Source: Escherichia coli
GTDB lineage: Bacteria > Pseudomonadota > Gammaproteobacteria > Enterobacterales > Enterobacteriaceae
Assembly (NCBI RefSeq): GCF_003334255.1
Contig: NZ_QOWU01000067.1
Length of the DNA: 22,187 nucleotides
Reading direction: 5' to 3' (one strand)
Notes under the pieces: generated by a model
What the model was told of the DNA's origin: nothing
Databases searched by the model: none
Seen by the model: the letters and a program-made list of their open reading frames with translations, nothing else
In this document: piece after piece, positions 17,975-22,187 of the stretch
Position numbering within the stretch: position 1 is the first letter of the stretch
Layout of the letters: every line of letters begins with the position of its first letter
Position numbers and translations under genes: made by a program

Positions 17975-19081
17975 ATGAATAAAACAATAACGGCGCTTGC
18001 TATCATGATGGCTTCATTTGCCGCAAACGCGTCTGTATTACCGGAAACTCCTGTGCCATTTAAAAGTGGTACCGGAGCAATTGATAACGACACTGTCTAC
18101 ATTGGTTTAGGTAGCGCAGGTACGGCATGGTACAAGCTGGATACACAGGCCAAAGATAAAAAATGGACAGCGTTAGCTGCATTCCCTGGCGGACCAAGAG
18201 ATCAAGCAACCTCTGCATTTATTGATGGCAATCTGTATGTGTTTGGCGGCATTGGCAAAAACAGCGAGGGCTTGACTCAGGTATTTAATGATGTACACAA
18301 ATACAACCCCAAAACCAATAGCTGGGTTAAATTGATGTCGCACGCGCCGATGGGCATGGCGGGCCATGTGACTTTTGTACACAACGGCAAGGCTTATGTT
18401 ACTGGCGGTGTTAACCAGAATATCTTCAATGGCTATTTTGAAGATCTCAACGAGGCTGGAAAAGATTCAACCGCTATAGATAAAATCAACGCCCACTATT
18501 TTGACAAAAAAGCAGAAGATTATTTCTTCAATAAGTTTCTGTTGTCTTTTGATCCCTCAACACAGCAATGGAGTTACGCTGGCGAATCGCCCTGGTACGG
18601 AACGGCTGGTGCGGCGGTTGTGAATAAAGGTGATAAAACCTGGCTTATTAATGGCGAAGCCAAACCAGGATTGCGAACGGATGCCGTATTTGAACTTGAT
18701 TTCACCGGTAATAATTTAAAATGGAATAAGCTTGATCCCGTCTCATCACCAGATGGCGTCGCTGGCGGTTTTGCGGGGATAAGCAATGATTCTCTTATAT
18801 TTGCCGGAGGGGCCGGATTCAAAGGTTCACGAGAAAATTACCAGAACGGTAAGAACTATGCGCATGAAGGCCTGAAAAAATCATATAGCACTGATATTCA
18901 TCTTTGGCATAACGGGAAATGGGATAAATCGGGTGAATTATCGCAAGGTCGGGCCTACGGAGTATCATTGCCCTGGAATAATAGTTTATTAATTATTGGC
19001 GGTGAAACTGCAGGCGGCAAAGCGGTGACGGATTCAGTTTTAATTTCTGTGAAGGATAATAAAGTCACAGTACAAAACTAA
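17975..19081 (+). CDS. nanM: N-acetylneuraminate epimerase (mutarotase) NanM, periplasmic Kelch-repeat protein (368 aa)
   Basis: ORF 17867..19081 trimmed to the ATG at 17975 (MNKTITALAIMMASFAANASVLPE...), preceded by AGGAGA at 17961-17966; repeated Gly-Gly-containing Kelch-like blades (e.g. LYVFGGIG, AYVTGGVN, LLIIGGET). Confidence 0.9.
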   Translation: MNKTITALAIMMASFAANASVLPETPVPFKSGTGAIDNDTVYIGLGSAGTAWYKLDTQAKDKKWTALAAFPGGPRDQATSAFIDGNLYVFGGIGKNSEGLTQVFNDVHKYNPKTNSWVKLMSHAPMGMAGHVTFVHNGKAYVTGGVNQNIFNGYFEDLNEAGKDSTAIDKINAHYFDKKAEDYFFNKFLLSFDPSTQQWSYAGESPWYGTAGAAVVNKGDKTWLINGEAKPGLRTDAVFELDFTGNNLKWNKLDPVSSPDGVAGGFAGISNDSLIFAGGAGFKGSRENYQNGKNYAHEGLKKSYSTDIHLWHNGKWDKSGELSQGRAYGVSLPWNNSLLIIGGETAGGKAVTDSVLISVKDNKVTVQN

Positions 19082-19088
19082 CGCTTCA

Positions 19089-19108
19089 GGGCCCCGGTAA
19101 AGGGGCCC
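19089..19108 (+). other. GC-rich intercistronic hairpin between nanM and nanS
   Basis: GGGCCCC (19089-19095) / GGGGCCC (19102-19108) with a 6-nt loop, beginning 7 bp after the nanM stop; no clean U-tract follows, so it is more likely an attenuating or stabilising structure than a full terminator. Confidence 0.4.
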
Positions 19109-19145
19109 TGCTATCAATTTGTCATTTGTATTACGCGAAAATTAT

Positions 19146-20126
19146 ATGAACGCAATAATATCGCCCGATTATTACTATGTTCTTACCGTTGCTGGTCAGT
19201 CTAATGCCATGGCGTATGGCGAAGGACTGCCATTACCGGACAGGGAAGATGCGCCTCATTCCAGAATTAAACAATTAGCGAGATTTGCGCATACGCATCC
19301 CGGAGGCCCGCCATGTCACTTTAACGACATTATTCCACTGACTCACTGCCCACACGATGTTCAGGATATGCAGGGTTATCACCATCCTCTGGCAACGAAT
19401 CATCAAACACAGTACGGCACCGTTGGCCAGGCACTGCATATTGCACGGAAATTACTGCCCTTCATTCCTGATAATGCAGGGATTCTTATCGTTCCGTGTT
19501 GCCGTGGCGGATCGGCTTTTACCGCGGGCAGCGAAGGGACATATTCAGAACGGCACGGAGCCAGCCATGATGCTTGTCGTTGGGGAACGGATACTCCGCT
19601 GTACCAGGATTTAGTCAGCAGAACGCGAGCCGCACTGGCAAAAAATCCGCAGAACAAATTCCTCGGCGTATGCTGGATGCAAGGCGAATTTGACTTAATG
19701 ACCAGTGACTACGCGTCACACCCTCAACACTTTAATCATATGGTTGAAGCCTTTCGTAGGGATCTAAAACAATACCATTCTCAGCTTAATAATATTACTG
19801 ACGCGCCGTGGTTTTGCGGCGATACCACCTGGTACTGGAAAGAAAATTTCCCGCATTCGTATGAAGCTATTTATGGCAATTATCAAAATAATGTTTTAGC
19901 CAATATTATTTTCGTCGACTTCCAGCAACAAGGTGAAAGAGGACTGACGAACGCGCCTGATGAAGACCCGGACGATTTAAGCACGGGATATTACGGTTCA
20001 GCGTACCGGTCACCGGAGAACTGGACGACGGCACTGCGAAGCAGTCATTTCAGCACTGCAGCCCGTCGGGGGATTATTTCTGACAGATTTGTAGAAGCAA
20101 TTTTGCAGTTTTGGCGCGAAAGGTGA
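19146..20126 (+). CDS. nanS: 9-O-acetyl-N-acetylneuraminate esterase NanS (SGNH-hydrolase-like, 326 aa)
   Basis: ORF 19119..20126 trimmed to the ATG at 19146 (MNAIISPDYYYVLTVAGQSNAMAYGE...); the GQSNA motif is the SGNH-family catalytic serine block; third gene of the nanCMS operon. Confidence 0.88.
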   Translation: MNAIISPDYYYVLTVAGQSNAMAYGEGLPLPDREDAPHSRIKQLARFAHTHPGGPPCHFNDIIPLTHCPHDVQDMQGYHHPLATNHQTQYGTVGQALHIARKLLPFIPDNAGILIVPCCRGGSAFTAGSEGTYSERHGASHDACRWGTDTPLYQDLVSRTRAALAKNPQNKFLGVCWMQGEFDLMTSDYASHPQHFNHMVEAFRRDLKQYHSQLNNITDAPWFCGDTTWYWKENFPHSYEAIYGNYQNNVLANIIFVDFQQQGERGLTNAPDEDPDDLSTGYYGSAYRSPENWTTALRSSHFSTAARRGIISDRFVEAILQFWRER

Positions 20127-20620
20127 GCGGGGAGTTTATTCATGGGGGATGTCCTTGTTCGTTCTCAGAGTAGACAACAAAAAACAAATGAGATCAAGGT
20201 AATATCTCTTCACTTGCGGGCTCGAACAGCAGGCAATTGCCAATATAATAATCTGGCACAAGGGTGAAAAACGCGCACCGCATAAACCGTTGTTATTGCT
20301 TACAGATTAGCCGGATGCCTTAATAGACATCCGCGCCTTTTCGATTATGGCTCGGAAATCTACGAACATCTACACAGTTTACTGGAACGTTTTGGGCCAC
20401 AGCGTTCGCAGCACCGTCCTGATATGCCGTTCTGGCGATTATAAGTCGACGGATTCTGGCAAATAGACGATGATGATATGCTTAATGATGTTCAAAGAAA
20501 TTAGGCCATTATTATATTATTGCTTGCATTTTCTTTCATTCCTAAAAGCACCCGCCATTAATCCCAGGCGCATTATGCAAAGGAAAATGATTAGGTAAAC
20601 AATAAGATTTATAATAAGGA

Positions 20621-20653
20621 AAGGCGACTCGCAATAAAACGGAAAGTCGCCTT
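20621..20653 (-). terminator. Candidate terminator hairpin downstream of the yjhR-like ORF
   Basis: AAGGCGACT (20621-20629) / AGTCGCCTT (20645-20653) 9-bp stem with a 15-nt loop, about 55 bp past the ORF stop; on the minus strand it is followed by TCCTTATTAT. Confidence 0.4.
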
Positions 20654-20708
20654 AACATTGGTAAAATATGCCCTTTACTACTCCTGTATCATGAACGGCT
20701 CATCACAT

Positions 20709-21901
20709 TTAAAGCTGACGTTGATCCAGACTACCATATATTGCCTTTATTTCATTTTTTACGCCTTCACCACGGTACACCAAAGACGTATCGTATCGTT
20801 GATACTTATCTTCCCGTGTAGCACTGAACCAGTTAAAAGATCCGACACACAGCAGTTCTTCATCCTCAATCACAATTTTGCTGTGAACACGATTAACCAA
20901 TTTCGTAGCGATACCCATCTTATTGAGCTTTTCAACAGCATCATTCAGCAGATGTTGTTTCTCCTGACGCTTATCATCATCGACATGCGCTATATTGCAG
21001 TTTTTATCCGTCACCACGGTAATATCAATGCCCCGGGAACGGGCCAAAGCCATTGATGCCAGAAATCCCGTTTGCTCCACTTTTTGCCAGGATAACCAAG
21101 GGGAAATAATCGTTATTTTCTTTTGAGCTCCGGCAAGAGTCTTGTTCAAAAATTCATCATGCTGCTCCACACCATGCAGCGTTGAAATTTGTGTATGTGC
21201 GGAAATTAAATCCTGTCGTTTCTGAAACTCAAATTGCAACGCATTATTATCTGAAGAAAAGAGATATTTTGCCAATAACCCTCGCGGCGAAAATGCGGGC
21301 TGCATCTCGATAAGGTCCATATCGCCAAATACCAGAAAACTATCTTTAGCGCGTGAGACAGCAACATTGAGGATAGTGCTGTTGCTATCAAGAAACCTGC
21401 CATCTTCATGTTTTGAGTAGACAGGAGAAAAGAGAACAATCGCCCTTTCCGCCCCCTGCAAGGAGTGCACAGTCCCCACTGTCAGTAAACCCTGCTCGTC
21501 TTTGCCATTAATTTCCAGCTTACGCAATGACATTTTGATAGCATTAACCTGCGCCGAAAATGGCGTCACAACACCAACAACTTTGTACAGTGGTTCCCCG
21601 TAATGGCGCTCTATATCATCCTTATGTGCCACCAGCCATGCTGCTATTGTTTCAGCTTCAAGAGGGTTATGACGGCTCCCTCCATTTGGCTTCATGCCTC
21701 TACCATCAATATGTAAATATCCCATTGCGGGGAAAATCGTCCTTTTTCCATCCCTCTTTTAGGCTGCAACTTACCGTGATAGCAAAGTGAGTTACAGTAG
21801 TCGATGATGTTATTGAAACAGCGACGATGCTCATACAGATACATTCCGCGCTCGAACTTGGGATCATACTGGTAGTGAGAGTTGAACTGGGCTACCTGCA
21901 T
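20709..21901 (-). pseudogene. yjhR: yjhR-like remnant: C-terminal half of an Upf1-like SF1 helicase fused to a single-HKD PLD nuclease; 5' part frameshifted and truncated
   Basis: The 338-aa ORF (20709..21725) carries helicase RecA2 motifs ([49 protein letters not shown]) and a perfect PLD motif [18 protein letters not shown] (HxKx4Dx6GSxN, about 20832-20885). An upstream 69-aa ORF (21692..21901) in another frame looks like further helicase sequence. No Walker A / RecA1 core ORF is present up to the window end. Confidence 0.7.
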
Positions 21902-22187
21902 TACGCTGCCAGATGCTGCACTTTTTCCAGACCCATTTATTATCGAATACGGTGACCGCCTGAGCGGCCACCTTTAATCGTGGGCAGTTACACAGAATTA
22001 TTTACAGGGTCTTGCTGGGAGTTCTTACACTTGCTCGCGATATTCAATTGGCCATTGTCAACAAATGACGCAGGTTTTGATTGGTGATATCTATTTACGT
22101 CAGCAATGCGGGTAATGACTCCAACTTATTGATAGTGTTTTATGTTCAGATAATGCCCGATGACTTTGTCATGCAGCTCCACCGATT

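Noticed and set aside
17293-19657. Alternative-frame and antisense ORFs inside nanC, nanM and nanS (17293..17511, 17324..17536, 17612..17839, 18173..18382, 18574..18822, 19357..19614, 19403..19657)
   Set aside because: All are nested in the intact nanC, nanM or nanS reading frames.
20658-21790. ORFs 20658..21056 (+), 21206..21439 (-) and 21560..21790 (+) overlapping the yjhR-like gene
   Set aside because: Antisense to, or alternative frames of, the helicase-PLD ORF, whose motif content identifies the true frame.
21902-21976. GSGKS (Walker-A-like) peptide encoded just upstream of the 69-aa helicase-like ORF
   Set aside because: It lies only about 10 codons before the helicase-like segment and directly after an in-frame stop, which is the wrong spacing for a true SF1 Walker A (expected several hundred residues upstream). 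Treated as coincidental.
1-22187. Searched for CRISPR arrays, tRNA/rRNA genes, IS elements or an intact novel multi-gene system
   Set aside because: No direct-repeat/spacer array, cloverleaf-like tRNA, or transposase ORF with terminal inverted repeats was seen. Apart from the yjhR-like remnant, every gene is a recognisable member of the conserved uxu, gntP, fim or nan loci, so I do not claim an undescribed system here.

Overview
This window reads as the Escherichia coli type 1 fimbriae (fim) locus with its flanking sugar-acid and sialic-acid genes, in reverse orientation to the usual K-12 map. Left to right: a YjiC-like hypothetical gene (+), uxuR (-), uxuB and uxuA (-), gntP (+, divergent from uxuA), fimH-G-F-D-C-I-A (-), the 314-bp fimS invertible switch, the recombinases fimE and fimB (-), a 1.45-kb AT-rich regulatory intergenic region, nanC-nanM-nanS (+), and a convergent yjhR-like helicase/nuclease remnant (-). 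All calls rest on reading the supplied ORF translations and the raw sequence; gene identities are from recognition of well-known E. coli proteins, and no database search or alignment was run. I did not find an intact novel multi-gene system. The two observations most worth a second look are (1) fimS is captured in the phase-OFF orientation, and (2) the yjhR-like ORF is a C-terminal fragment of an SF1 helicase fused to a single-HKD PLD nuclease, an architecture reminiscent of Mokosh-type defence proteins, apparently truncated and frameshifted. No tRNA, rRNA, CRISPR array or IS element was recognised.
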